This document shows, piece by piece, positions 10,439-19,863 of a stretch of DNA of 64,000 nt; position 1 is the stretch's first letter, and each line of letters opens with the position of its first letter. The position numbers and the translations under genes were made by a program. This stretch comes from a virus. Where the stretch lies: positions 19,182 through 83,181 of IMG/VR virus record IMGVR_UViG_3300031521_000040; one strand, 5' to 3'. The notes beneath the pieces are model-generated. The model did not search any database. It saw nothing but the letters and a program-made list of their open reading frames with translations, and was not told the DNA's origin.

Positions 10439-11251
10439 TTATAATGTGAAAACACTATCATCCTTATTCCAATTATCCCAATTGAATGGGTCAATACCTT
10501 GCTTTTGTAAATATTTTGTTGTTACAACAGCAACATCTTTAGGATTAATCTGCATATCTCTTATATCATTGAAAAACCAACTATTTTTACCTGTTTTTAA
10601 ATCTTCTGAATCATATCCTCTATAATCCCAACCATTTACAATCTTATTTGTGCCTTTAATCACTGCAAAATGAGTGTATCCTCTGAACACGCCATTACCT
10701 TTATCATGAGCAACATCATCACGCATTCCTCTTGGCTTCGTTCCAATCATTTTCTCATTCATGCTAGGGTTAAATGCTTTACTATTGTTTCCTGATGCAT
10801 TAATATAAACCCTTCCATCATCACCAACGTATATATCTGCTTGATTGAATTTCTTTGCAATTTCTTGTAATTGATCATTATTATCATCAAAGAAGCCAGC
10901 GCCATGACCGTTCCTACTTAGCCAAAAATTATGACCAATACCAGTTGCATCGTATGTGTTTAATTCATCAGGTGCTTGCTGTTTAGCAATTTGTAAAAAT
11001 TGAATAATATCGTTTTTAGCTTCTTGTATACTAGCTTTATCGAATTGATAAACCGTTTTTGAATATAATTCGTTATTTTCATCGCTTTCAGCCCACAATG
11101 CTGTTTCCAGATAACTATTCAACACTTCATCTACATTAAGATTGGTTTCTGTTGGTTGAGTATTAAAATCTTCATTTAATTTAGGCTTAAATGTTTTATC
11201 AAGTCTGCCCATAACTTCCATTATTCTATTTTTGCTACTGTTGGTTTTCAT
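10439..11251 (-). CDS. Hypothetical protein with putative capsid-targeting N-terminus
   Basis: KNRIMEVMGRLDKTFKPKLNE leader; GHNFWLSRNGHGAGFFD motif; late motif at 11266. Confidence 0.55.
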   Translation of the reverse strand: MKTNSSKNRIMEVMGRLDKTFKPKLNEDFNTQPTETNLNVDEVLNSYLETALWAESDENNELYSKTVYQFDKASIQEAKNDIIQFLQIAKQQAPDELNTYDATGIGHNFWLSRNGHGAGFFDDNNDQLQEIAKKFNQADIYVGDDGRVYINASGNNSKAFNPSMNEKMIGTKPRGMRDDVAHDKGNGVFRGYTHFAVIKGTNKIVNGWDYRGYDSEDLKTGKNSWFFNDIRDMQINPKDVAVVTTKYLQKQGIDPFNWDNWNKDDSVFTL

Positions 11252-11369
11252 GTTTAAAATTTTCTATAAATACTTTATTATTTTAAAATTACATGGCGTT
11301 TTATCCTTTTTGATTTTAATTACATGATTTCTCTCCAATAAAAAAATTTCTAGTATTTATATAAAACAA

Positions 11370-12413
11370 ATGATTATGATTGAATTAAATTGCTGTGGAA
11401 TATATAAAATAACTAATAATATCAATGGTAAATATTATATTGGTTCATCACATGAAGTAAAACATAGAATACAAAAACATTTTGAATTATTGAAACGTAA
11501 ATGTCATCATAGTATACATTTTCAAAACGCATATAATAAATATGGAAAGGACGTATTTAGTGTTGAAATATTGGCTGAGTGTAAGAGAGATGAGCTGTTT
11601 ATTTATGAACAGCAATATTTTGATGAAATAATAGATTGGCAGTGTACATATAATATGTCTAAAATTGCTGCTGGTAGTAATTACGATTTAAATAATCATC
11701 CTAATGAAAAGGAAATCAGTAAAAAAATAAGCCTCGGCAATACAGATAAACATACCAAACCATTCTATATTAATGGCATTAGATATGAAAAATTAATAAA
11801 TGCTGCTGTTGTTTTTAATGTAGATATTAAAACAATATCAAACAGGATAAAAGATTGGAAAACTAAAAATTATTATTATGAAAATAAACCGAAAATTGGT
11901 GAATACGATAAAATCATAAATAATATCTATACTAATAAATTATTTAAAGAAAAACATAAACATGTTTATAGATGTGAATGTGGGGTGGAAATAAGTAAAG
12001 ATTCTAAGTTCTGTGTTGGCTGTCGTAAAACAAGAAAAGATAATAGAAAATATATTAATCCTGTTACAATAAATAATGTAAAATATGATTCTGCTAAAGA
12101 AGCATCAAAAATACTAAATATTGAATATGCCACTCTAATATATAGAATTAATACAAATACCATCACATATAAGGATTATTTTTACACTAATAATCCTAAA
12201 AACATTTATGAGTTAATTACAATTAACGAAATAAAAATCAAGGCATCAACAACAAAAATTGATAATAATAGTTCGAACAACAAAAAGTCTTTCATTATTG
12301 ACGGAATTCAATATTTAACACTTGGTGATGCATCAATAAAACTTAATTTAAGAAAACAACTTATATGGGATAGATTAAGAAGCAAAAAGTTTAAAAATTA
12401 TATATATGTTTAA
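11370..12413 (+). CDS. GIY-YIG homing endonuclease with NUMOD-like repeats
   Basis: GIYKITNNINGKYYIGSS...RIQKH; repeated I.INGI.Y..L..A helix-turn-helix modules. Confidence 0.9.
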   Translation: MIMIELNCCGIYKITNNINGKYYIGSSHEVKHRIQKHFELLKRKCHHSIHFQNAYNKYGKDVFSVEILAECKRDELFIYEQQYFDEIIDWQCTYNMSKIAAGSNYDLNNHPNEKEISKKISLGNTDKHTKPFYINGIRYEKLINAAVVFNVDIKTISNRIKDWKTKNYYYENKPKIGEYDKIINNIYTNKLFKEKHKHVYRCECGVEISKDSKFCVGCRKTRKDNRKYINPVTINNVKYDSAKEASKILNIEYATLIYRINTNTITYKDYFYTNNPKNIYELITINEIKIKASTTKIDNNSSNNKKSFIIDGIQYLTLGDASIKLNLRKQLIWDRLRSKKFKNYIYV

Positions 12414-12415
12414 AA

Positions 12416-12970
12416 TCAGTCGCCTTTTTCTCCGTTATTAAAGAAAGCTATTACATCACTGTGGACAGGAACACCCGTTACTCGCTTCCAGTAATTTTTA
12501 AATCCACCGATGGTTTTTTTTGTTTCGGCTGAAACGTTATTAGCACTCTCAACCTCATAATATCTGCTCTTTTCACCACTCATATTATATTCAATAACAT
12601 CCCCACGACTAATTTCTAAATGCTTTTCTTCTAGTTCTTTAAGATATACACCGAATGAAATATTACCACTATCATCACGTGCTATACCACCCTGACCTGA
12701 GCCGTAATTCTCTTGCTTACCATCTTCAACATTAACCATTACACTTATTCTAACAGGTGGCATAAACTTTTTATCCTTAGCTTTTGCTTGACCGTATAAT
12801 GTATGTGTTTTGGTTTCAATAACGTTTATCCTGTGAATTATTACTTCTTGTGCATTATCTGTTTCTAAGAAATTTCTTCCATACATAACGTCTAGGTCGA
12901 ATGAGTTATCCGACATGAATAAGCCATACCTTTGATTCTCTAAATCGATTATTTGTTTTTTTTGTTTCAT
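12416..12970 (-). CDS. Neck / head-completion protein (gp14-like)
   Basis: TLYGQAK..KKF, GDVIEY; lies next to the gp13-like gene. Confidence 0.5.
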   Translation of the reverse strand: MKQKKQIIDLENQRYGLFMSDNSFDLDVMYGRNFLETDNAQEVIIHRINVIETKTHTLYGQAKAKDKKFMPPVRISVMVNVEDGKQENYGSGQGGIARDDSGNISFGVYLKELEEKHLEISRGDVIEYNMSGEKSRYYEVESANNVSAETKKTIGGFKNYWKRVTGVPVHSDVIAFFNNGEKGD

Positions 12971-12971
12971 T

Positions 12972-13508
12972 TTATTTCATAATCTTAAACCCTTCATCTT
13001 CTAATTTATGTATGTTTGCCATATATGATTGATATTGGCTATCAATTGCTTCTGGTGGAACATTTGCTCTATCCACACCATTAGCTAAATCATTGGCAAT
13101 TCTTTGTTTACTTACTTCTGGATTTCCTTCAAATATTTTAGCATATAAATCAAAATCAGTAGATGTGTTATCTTTAATATATTCGATATTTTTTCTACGA
13201 CCTCTTGAGCTAACATTTAATGCATCTAATACCACATTCTTTCCAGCATTTAGCGCATCGATAATTCTTTTATATGCGATTGCTCTTACTTCTTCACTTG
13301 TACTATGATCATTAACATCACCAGTTAATTCTCTTCTTAAATTATCAAACGATACTATTACATAATCGTTTTTACTTAACGAATTAATCCATGTAGATTT
13401 ACCACTTCCAGATATACCTACTGTAAATATTAATTTTGGCTTTGCCTGTGTAAAATTGGTATTTGTCATTTCCATTAATTCAAATAATCGTTGTTTGTTG
13501 TTTTTCAT
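12972..13508 (-). CDS. Polynucleotide kinase (P-loop, T4 PseT kinase domain-like)
   Basis: LIFTVGISGSGKSTW, VSFDNLRRELTG, NVVLDALN...R, R.NVPPEAI. Confidence 0.85.
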   Translation of the reverse strand: MKNNKQRLFELMEMTNTNFTQAKPKLIFTVGISGSGKSTWINSLSKNDYVIVSFDNLRRELTGDVNDHSTSEEVRAIAYKRIIDALNAGKNVVLDALNVSSRGRRKNIEYIKDNTSTDFDLYAKIFEGNPEVSKQRIANDLANGVDRANVPPEAIDSQYQSYMANIHKLEDEGFKIMK

Positions 13509-13653
13509 ATTAACTATATACGTATTAATAGCATAAAATGTTACAAGGTATTGTTTTAAATATAAATACTGATTAATAAAAGATAATTTGGAAAATTTGG
13601 TGGTTGTTATACTTTTTAACTACGATGCGAGTATTTATGATAAATATTATACC

Positions 13654-14811
13654 ATGGATAGAAATGAACTTAAGAAATATTTAGAATCAGATAACAAGTC
13701 TGGATATAAAACACGTGAAAAACACATAAAATATAAATTTCCTGAAACATATGAGAATATTGTTAATATTTGTCATGAGCATTGGTTTACTGATTTATAT
13801 AATTTTGTTAATAATGTTAGTGGTAAGACATGTGCTGAATGTGGTAAAGCTTTAGAGGTTAAAATTTTTAATCTTGGCTATCCTCAGTTTTGTTCTGTTA
13901 TTTGTAAGAACCAAAATACTGGTTTTAAAGAAAAGGTGAAAAAATCTGTTTTTTTAAAATACGGTGTCGATAATCCAAGTAAGTCTGATATTGTTAAGAA
14001 AAAAATAAAAGATAAGTTATTTACTGATGGAAAATGGTATGTTGAAACAGATGAGTATAAGAAAAAATCGAAAGAGACTTGTACTAGTAAATATGGCACT
14101 GATTCGTATAGTAAACTCGCTGAATATCATGAAAAGGTAAAACAAACCAGTGTTGATCGATATGGAGTTGATTCATATAATAAAACAGACGAATATAAGG
14201 AATATTGTAAAACAAAAAATTTGGAAAAATACGGCACTGAATGGTTTCAATCTACTGAAGAGTTTAAAGAAAAATCAAAAAAAACTAATCTAAAAAAACG
14301 TGGTGTTATAAGTCATACTAAAACGGATGAATATAAATTGAAAATGAAAGCATATTATTTAAATAAATATGGCATTGAACATCATATGCAAACGGAAGAG
14401 GGAAAGAAAAAGGTCTACGATGCTATGATTGAAAAATATGGAGAATTATGGTTAAAACATATTCCATCATATAACGCTAACTCCATTATCTATTTAGATA
14501 TGCTCTCAGAGAAACTAAAATTACCGATACAACACGCATTGAATGGCGGTGAGAAGAAATTTATTAGATATTGGGTTGATGGTTATATTCAAAAATATAA
14601 TATTTGTATTGAATGGGATGAAAAGCATCATAACTCAGAACGCCAAAAAATACGTGATGCTAATAGAGAAGAGTTTCTCATTAGCAATTTTAATTGTAAA
14701 ATTTTTCGAATTAATGAAAGAGAATTTTTTAAAAATATAGTGACCAGCATTGATGATATTGCTGGTCACATAATAAATTATATTGCTATGATCGGGAACA
14801 TGGGTGGCTGA
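13654..14811 (+). CDS. Putative homing endonuclease (KYG repeats plus C-terminal PD-(D/E)xK/Vsr-like domain)
   Basis: Repeated KYGVD/KYGTE units; YWVDGY...ICIEWDEKHH; start moved to ATG 13654 behind AGTATTTAT at 13630. Confidence 0.7.
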   Translation: MDRNELKKYLESDNKSGYKTREKHIKYKFPETYENIVNICHEHWFTDLYNFVNNVSGKTCAECGKALEVKIFNLGYPQFCSVICKNQNTGFKEKVKKSVFLKYGVDNPSKSDIVKKKIKDKLFTDGKWYVETDEYKKKSKETCTSKYGTDSYSKLAEYHEKVKQTSVDRYGVDSYNKTDEYKEYCKTKNLEKYGTEWFQSTEEFKEKSKKTNLKKRGVISHTKTDEYKLKMKAYYLNKYGIEHHMQTEEGKKKVYDAMIEKYGELWLKHIPSYNANSIIYLDMLSEKLKLPIQHALNGGEKKFIRYWVDGYIQKYNICIEWDEKHHNSERQKIRDANREEFLISNFNCKIFRINEREFFKNIVTSIDDIAGHIINYIAMIGNMGG

Positions 14812-15896
14812 TATTGCAAATGTTTGTTTACATTCTCAGCTATTTTAGCTCTGTTTTCGGTTAAGATAACTTGACTTATGTTTGTTAGTTGTTCCAATAT
14901 GATTTTTTCAGTATCTTCTTTTAACTTAGTACCTTCATCAAGCAAATGACGATAATCCATTGTAAGTTGTTTTTCAGCTACACCTAATTCGCCTGTATAA
15001 AAACCACGTACACCACCAATAACCATTTTAACCTTAGCAATAAGTAAATTTCTTATTTGTTGTTTAGCAACATCATTTAAATTAGTCCATTGAAGTATTT
15101 GTGTAGGTGGGTCTGATGGAAGTCTTACGATATCATTGTTAGCTTCTAAACATTCATCCCTGTTAGATGGATTTGTTTCATAATACCAGTAATACACTCG
15201 TCTGCCACTATAATGTTTTCCCCATGCACTGGAAATCTCGTATCTATCCCCGGGAATTGGGTACAGATGCAGTATTTTTTCACCATTAGCAGTACCTGTT
15301 ATTCTATATGTTAAGATTGATTGCAATATTCTTTGTTTCATACGTCGATCTTGTGCAGATAATAACATTGAAAAAGTTGGTTGGACGTATTGTGATGGAC
15401 GACCATTCATCGACCAACCCATCATGCCAGAGGATGTTGTATTCATCGCAAACGGGTCCATTAATCCACCATCAATTTGTGGTGGAGTTTCCCATAGTAC
15501 TTCATTAACTTCTCTACCAGCAGGTATTATATAATGTTGTGTATCCTCAGTAGTTGTAATAAAATCACGTTTAAGTTCCCACCCTGCCGATGCAGGTGCA
15601 TTAGTTCCTTGCCCAACTTGTTTAGAATATGCATACGTAAACGATTCCATATAATGATTCGATTTGTTAGTATATGCTGAAAGAAAATCACCATTTTCCT
15701 TGCTAAGTCCTTCTAATCCAATCCATTGTTGCTGAATCAACCAGTTGTTTAGTATTGATGAATAGTCTTCAACAACCATTTCGAGATATGAATCCATCAT
15801 TTCGTCTTTTAATTCGAAAGGTCTTAAAGGGAAACCTAATTCATGTTTTATGTGGAGATATAATTTATTTTTATCAACCGTTGCTATTATTCCCAT
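14778..15896 (-). CDS. Neck protein (gp13-like)
   Basis: LYLHIKHELGFPLRPFEL.DEM N-terminus and MDYRHLLDEG...E C-terminus typical of gp13-like proteins. Confidence 0.65.
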   Translation of the reverse strand: MGIIATVDKNKLYLHIKHELGFPLRPFELKDEMMDSYLEMVVEDYSSILNNWLIQQQWIGLEGLSKENGDFLSAYTNKSNHYMESFTYAYSKQVGQGTNAPASAGWELKRDFITTTEDTQHYIIPAGREVNEVLWETPPQIDGGLMDPFAMNTTSSGMMGWSMNGRPSQYVQPTFSMLLSAQDRRMKQRILQSILTYRITGTANGEKILHLYPIPGDRYEISSAWGKHYSGRRVYYWYYETNPSNRDECLEANNDIVRLPSDPPTQILQWTNLNDVAKQQIRNLLIAKVKMVIGGVRGFYTGELGVAEKQLTMDYRHLLDEGTKLKEDTEKIILEQLTNISQVILTENRAKIAENVNKHLQYQPPMFPIIAI

Positions 15897-15933
15897 AATT
15901 ATTTAATTTTGTAATTATAAATACTTAAACAGA

Positions 15934-16422
15934 TTGATTATGCTAAAAATAGAATACAAAATTGATTTAAACAAATCTGGCAGACCATGTATTGATTTGC
16001 CTATGGACTATGAGCATAGACCAGAAGATAAATTTTTCGCTATTGAAATGGCTAGATATTTTTTACAATCAATATCACCTAAGACAATTGGATTGCTCGA
16101 TGAACATACACATAATAAATTAAATGAAAGTATTGGCTTGTTGGGACAACTTGGTGATCAAATGGCTGAAATCGTTTATAATAATCTAAAATCATTGGGC
16201 GATATGCACTCCATGATAAACAATGATTATGATTTCAGTGTTGAAACCATTAATGACTTGAATAAATTAGGTGATCGTATAATTACTGATGGTAAAATAT
16301 ATGAAAAACATCAAGGCTTAAAAGTTTTCGTGGTTGAAAATAATAAAACATATAGGTTATATGTAGACGATAATTGGATAGAGGTTGAAGATGATGATAC
16401 AACAGAATATAGAACTAGATAA
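15934..16422 (+). CDS. Hypothetical protein
   Basis: 162 aa ORF. Confidence 0.55.
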   Translation: MIMLKIEYKIDLNKSGRPCIDLPMDYEHRPEDKFFAIEMARYFLQSISPKTIGLLDEHTHNKLNESIGLLGQLGDQMAEIVYNNLKSLGDMHSMINNDYDFSVETINDLNKLGDRIITDGKIYEKHQGLKVFVVENNKTYRLYVDDNWIEVEDDDTTEYRTR

Positions 16423-16436
16423 TTTATAATAACTCA

Positions 16437-18983
16437 ATGGATCACAAGCCTACTCCTGAACAAGAAAGAATATTCCTTTTTATAAAGAAAAGAACTGAAA
16501 ACATTGTTATTAAAGCCTTTGCAGGCACTGGTAAAACTTCTACCATAGTTGAAGCAGTTAAGCTGCTGCCCAAAGACAAGCAAATCATGTTCTTAGCATT
16601 TAATAAGCACATCCAAGTCGAATTGCAGGAAAAGTTACCCAGCCACGTGCGCACTTACACTACTTATGGTTTAGGTACATCAGCCATTAAAAGGAAATAT
16701 GGTGATAGCATTCAATTTGATGAATTTAAAATAGATAAAATCATCCAGAAGAAAGCTAAGTCATGGGATTTAGACGATGAGTTTAAAACAGAAGAAGAAA
16801 TATTTGTTTATTTAAACAACATTAAGAAATTAGTTAACCTTTGCAGACTAACACTTACTTTAAAGCCCGAATACGTGCCTTACGTGGCAGAACGTTATGA
16901 AGTTAATATAAGCAAGCCAAATGATATTAAAAGGGTTCTAAAGGTCTTAAATGATGCAACGCTGGATAGGAAGTCTTTTGATTACACCGATATGATATAT
17001 TTACCAGCAGTTGATAACAGTATTTGGATGTTTCCACAAGATTATGTGTTTATTGATGAATGTTTGCCAGCTAAAACATATATTTCAACAATAGAGGGTA
17101 AAAGACAATTAGGTGCGCTTTATTATTTGAGCAAGAAAAATATTACATTACCTGATATTATTACTTATAATGAAAAAACCAGCCTTTTTGAAAACAAAAA
17201 AATTAATAAAATTTGGTGTACAGGGAAAAAAGATGTTTATTATGTTGTTTTAAATGGAAAAAGAAAATTAAAATCGACTGTTAATCATAGATTTTTAACA
17301 TTATCTGGCTGGAAAAGATTAGATGAACTAAAAATTGGTGATTCTGTAATTTCAAATTATAATAATCAACCATATCATGAAATATTCAATGAAACCCAAA
17401 AGAATATAGTAATCGGATCAAAGCTTGGTGATGGACATCTTGGAAAAATTTCTGATGACATATATAGACTAAGTGTAATACATGGCGAAAAGCAGAAAGA
17501 ATATTGTGAATGGAAAGCATCCTTTTTTGATTCTAAAATAAAAAATTTAAAAAATAACGGCTATGCGAAAAAGCAAGCATATTCCTTTACGACCAAAGGA
17601 TTTTATTTTAATATATGTGAAAGTGAAATCATCAATAACATGTCACTACAATCATTAGCGATATCTTGGATGGATGATGGTAATTTAGCAAAAAATGAAT
17701 TGAGTTCCACTCTTTACTCAACAGCTAAGAGTGTGAGATTGTCTCAATTACTTTCCGATAAAATTAATGGTCTTTGGAATATTTCATCAACAGTTAGAAA
17801 ATCTAAAAGCTCAACAACAAAAAACCCATATTATCGGTTATTGTTTAATAAAGAAAATACTCAAAAAATTTCAAGTCTTTTGGCGCAGTATATTCACCCA
17901 AGCATGGGGTATAAGTTATGTACTAATGATAGAAATAAATTTAATGAAACACTATGGCTTAATGAAAAAATAAATTTAGGATGTATGGTTGTTACATCTG
18001 AGCATAAATTTTATAAATATGAAAATACTTATGATATGTCCGTTGAAGATAATCACAATTTCATTGTAACATCCGAAAGTTACATAAATGGTGCTGCTGG
18101 AAATTTTGGAATAATAACACATAACTGTCAAGACCTTAACAGATGTCAGATTAAAATCATTGAGAAAATATTGAAAAGAGATAAACTAAGCGGAAAAATT
18201 ACTGGCAGACTGATTTCTGTTGGTGATTATTTTCAAGGAATTTATGGTTTCAATGCAGCGGATGATAAATCTTTCGAATGGTTTGAAAAATTCCCCAATA
18301 CTAAGGTATTGCCTTTGTCAGTATCATTCAGATGTGCTAAAAATGTTATACTAAAAGCTCAAGAGATCGTCCCTGATATTAAAGCATTAGATGATGCACC
18401 CGATGGACTTGTAAGGGATGGAAATGTGCTTACAGAGGCTGAAAGCGGTGATTTCGTTATATGTAGAACGACAATGCCATTGGTTAAGCTATTTTTCGAG
18501 TTTCTAACACAACATAAAAAAGCAGTTATTAAGGGTAGTGATATTGGCATTCAATTAATTGAATTAATAGGTAAAATCGATACGATTGATAAGCTTAAAA
18601 CATTTTGGGAAGGTGAGCTACATTCGTTTAAAAAAGAGTTGAAATCAACAGGCATATTGAATCCATCAGAGCATAGTGGATATTCAGCATTAGAAGATAA
18701 AGTAATGACATTGTTGTTTTTAGCTAAACTATCCACTAACATTACCGAATTAAAATTAAACATCAGAACTATTTTTACTGATGAAATTGTGGGAATATGC
18801 TTAAGTACAGTGCATAAGATCAAAGGACTTGAAGCTAATCGTGTTTTTATAGTAAGACCCGATTTACTGCCATTACCCAATGCTCATGGTTGGCAATCTA
18901 TACAAGAAAAGAACCTAGCCTACGTAGCGTATACGAGAGCTAAGCTAGAACTTATATTTGATAGAGAATGGAGCGATGAATAA
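16437..18983 (+). CDS. UvrD/Rep-like SF1 helicase containing an intein
   Basis: AFAGTGKTST, FIDE|CQD, VGDYFQGIYGFNAA, LSVSFRC, LSTVHKIKGLE, EKNLAYVAYTRAK. Confidence 0.93.
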   Translation: MDHKPTPEQERIFLFIKKRTENIVIKAFAGTGKTSTIVEAVKLLPKDKQIMFLAFNKHIQVELQEKLPSHVRTYTTYGLGTSAIKRKYGDSIQFDEFKIDKIIQKKAKSWDLDDEFKTEEEIFVYLNNIKKLVNLCRLTLTLKPEYVPYVAERYEVNISKPNDIKRVLKVLNDATLDRKSFDYTDMIYLPAVDNSIWMFPQDYVFIDECLPAKTYISTIEGKRQLGALYYLSKKNITLPDIITYNEKTSLFENKKINKIWCTGKKDVYYVVLNGKRKLKSTVNHRFLTLSGWKRLDELKIGDSVISNYNNQPYHEIFNETQKNIVIGSKLGDGHLGKISDDIYRLSVIHGEKQKEYCEWKASFFDSKIKNLKNNGYAKKQAYSFTTKGFYFNICESEIINNMSLQSLAISWMDDGNLAKNELSSTLYSTAKSVRLSQLLSDKINGLWNISSTVRKSKSSTTKNPYYRLLFNKENTQKISSLLAQYIHPSMGYKLCTNDRNKFNETLWLNEKINLGCMVVTSEHKFYKYENTYDMSVEDNHNFIVTSESYINGAAGNFGIITHNCQDLNRCQIKIIEKILKRDKLSGKITGRLISVGDYFQGIYGFNAADDKSFEWFEKFPNTKVLPLSVSFRCAKNVILKAQEIVPDIKALDDAPDGLVRDGNVLTEAESGDFVICRTTMPLVKLFFEFLTQHKKAVIKGSDIGIQLIELIGKIDTIDKLKTFWEGELHSFKKELKSTGILNPSEHSGYSALEDKVMTLLFLAKLSTNITELKLNIRTIFTDEIVGICLSTVHKIKGLEANRVFIVRPDLLPLPNAHGWQSIQEKNLAYVAYTRAKLELIFDREWSDE
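17061..18125 (+). mobile_element. Intein with LAGLIDADG endonuclease (355 aa)
   Basis: Begins CLPAKT, block B STVNHRFLT, GSKLGDGHL and SWMDDG endonuclease motifs, ends YDMSVEDNHNF...IITHN with +1 Cys. Confidence 0.93.
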
Positions 18984-19270
18984 TGGAGTTTAAGCTAACA
19001 AATGAAATATTAAAAAGTTATAAGTCATATGATGACTTATTAAATGTAATCATTCAATCAAAATCGGCTGAATGTTGTGAATTTTGCCTTGATTATGATG
19101 GAATATGGAAAAGACTAACCTTAAAATGGATGATTGATTATTTTATTGAAAAGGAAGAGTATGAAAAATGTATTATTGTTAATAATTATATACTGACTGA
19201 TTATATTGCTAACGATTTAAGACAAGATGAATTAAATACAAAGTTGAATGAAATTACAAAAGCCCTTTGA
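18983..19270 (+). CDS. Hypothetical protein
   Basis: 95 aa; YFIEKEEYEKC UVR-like motif. Confidence 0.55.
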   Translation: MEFKLTNEILKSYKSYDDLLNVIIQSKSAECCEFCLDYDGIWKRLTLKWMIDYFIEKEEYEKCIIVNNYILTDYIANDLRQDELNTKLNEITKAL

Positions 19271-19323
19271 TAATTCAATTATTATATATATATTTGCATC
19301 TTATTAATTATAAACATAACAAA

Positions 19324-19527
19324 ATGAAAAAAATCCTAATTCTATTGGTAGCATTAATTGCTATTGTTGCATTTTCATGCAAGCCATCAACAAAGGTTGA
19401 TGCTAAACAAGTTACAGCTGACTCAATCGCCAGAGTAGATTCAATTGCTAAGGTTGACTCAATTGCTAAAGCAGATTCAATCGCCAAAGCAAAACCTGTT
19501 AAGAAAAAATCAGCTAGGAGACGATAA
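19324..19527 (+). CDS. Small lipoprotein with DSIAK repeats
   Basis: MKKILILLVALIAIVAFS-C lipobox; four (A/V)DSIA(R/K) repeats; TATATTTG promoter element at 19289. Confidence 0.75.
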   Translation: MKKILILLVALIAIVAFSCKPSTKVDAKQVTADSIARVDSIAKVDSIAKADSIAKAKPVKKKSARRR

Positions 19528-19584
19528 TAAATTTGTCCCATATATAATATATATATATGGGACAAATTTAAATAATTATTAATT

Positions 19585-19863
19585 ATGGAATGGAAAGTAT
19601 TAATTGAAGGAAAACCTAATTTAAGAATCATGGTTAAATTTCTTCCACTAACAGAACAAATCGCCTTTATAGGTCAGTTTAAAAGAACTAATTTGGAATG
19701 GGTGAATTTTTGCATTGAGGAACATACTATGTATATTGATTTAGATCAAATCAATGAAATGTTGGTTAAAACATATGATACTATGACGACAAGAATTAAT
19801 ATGTATAATGAAGTTGCCGAAGGTTTCACTCTTATTAAGGTGATTGAAGTTAAAGAAGATTAA
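19585..19863 (+). CDS. Hypothetical protein
   Basis: 92 aa ORF. Confidence 0.55.
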   Translation: MEWKVLIEGKPNLRIMVKFLPLTEQIAFIGQFKRTNLEWVNFCIEEHTMYIDLDQINEMLVKTYDTMTTRINMYNEVAEGFTLIKVIEVKED

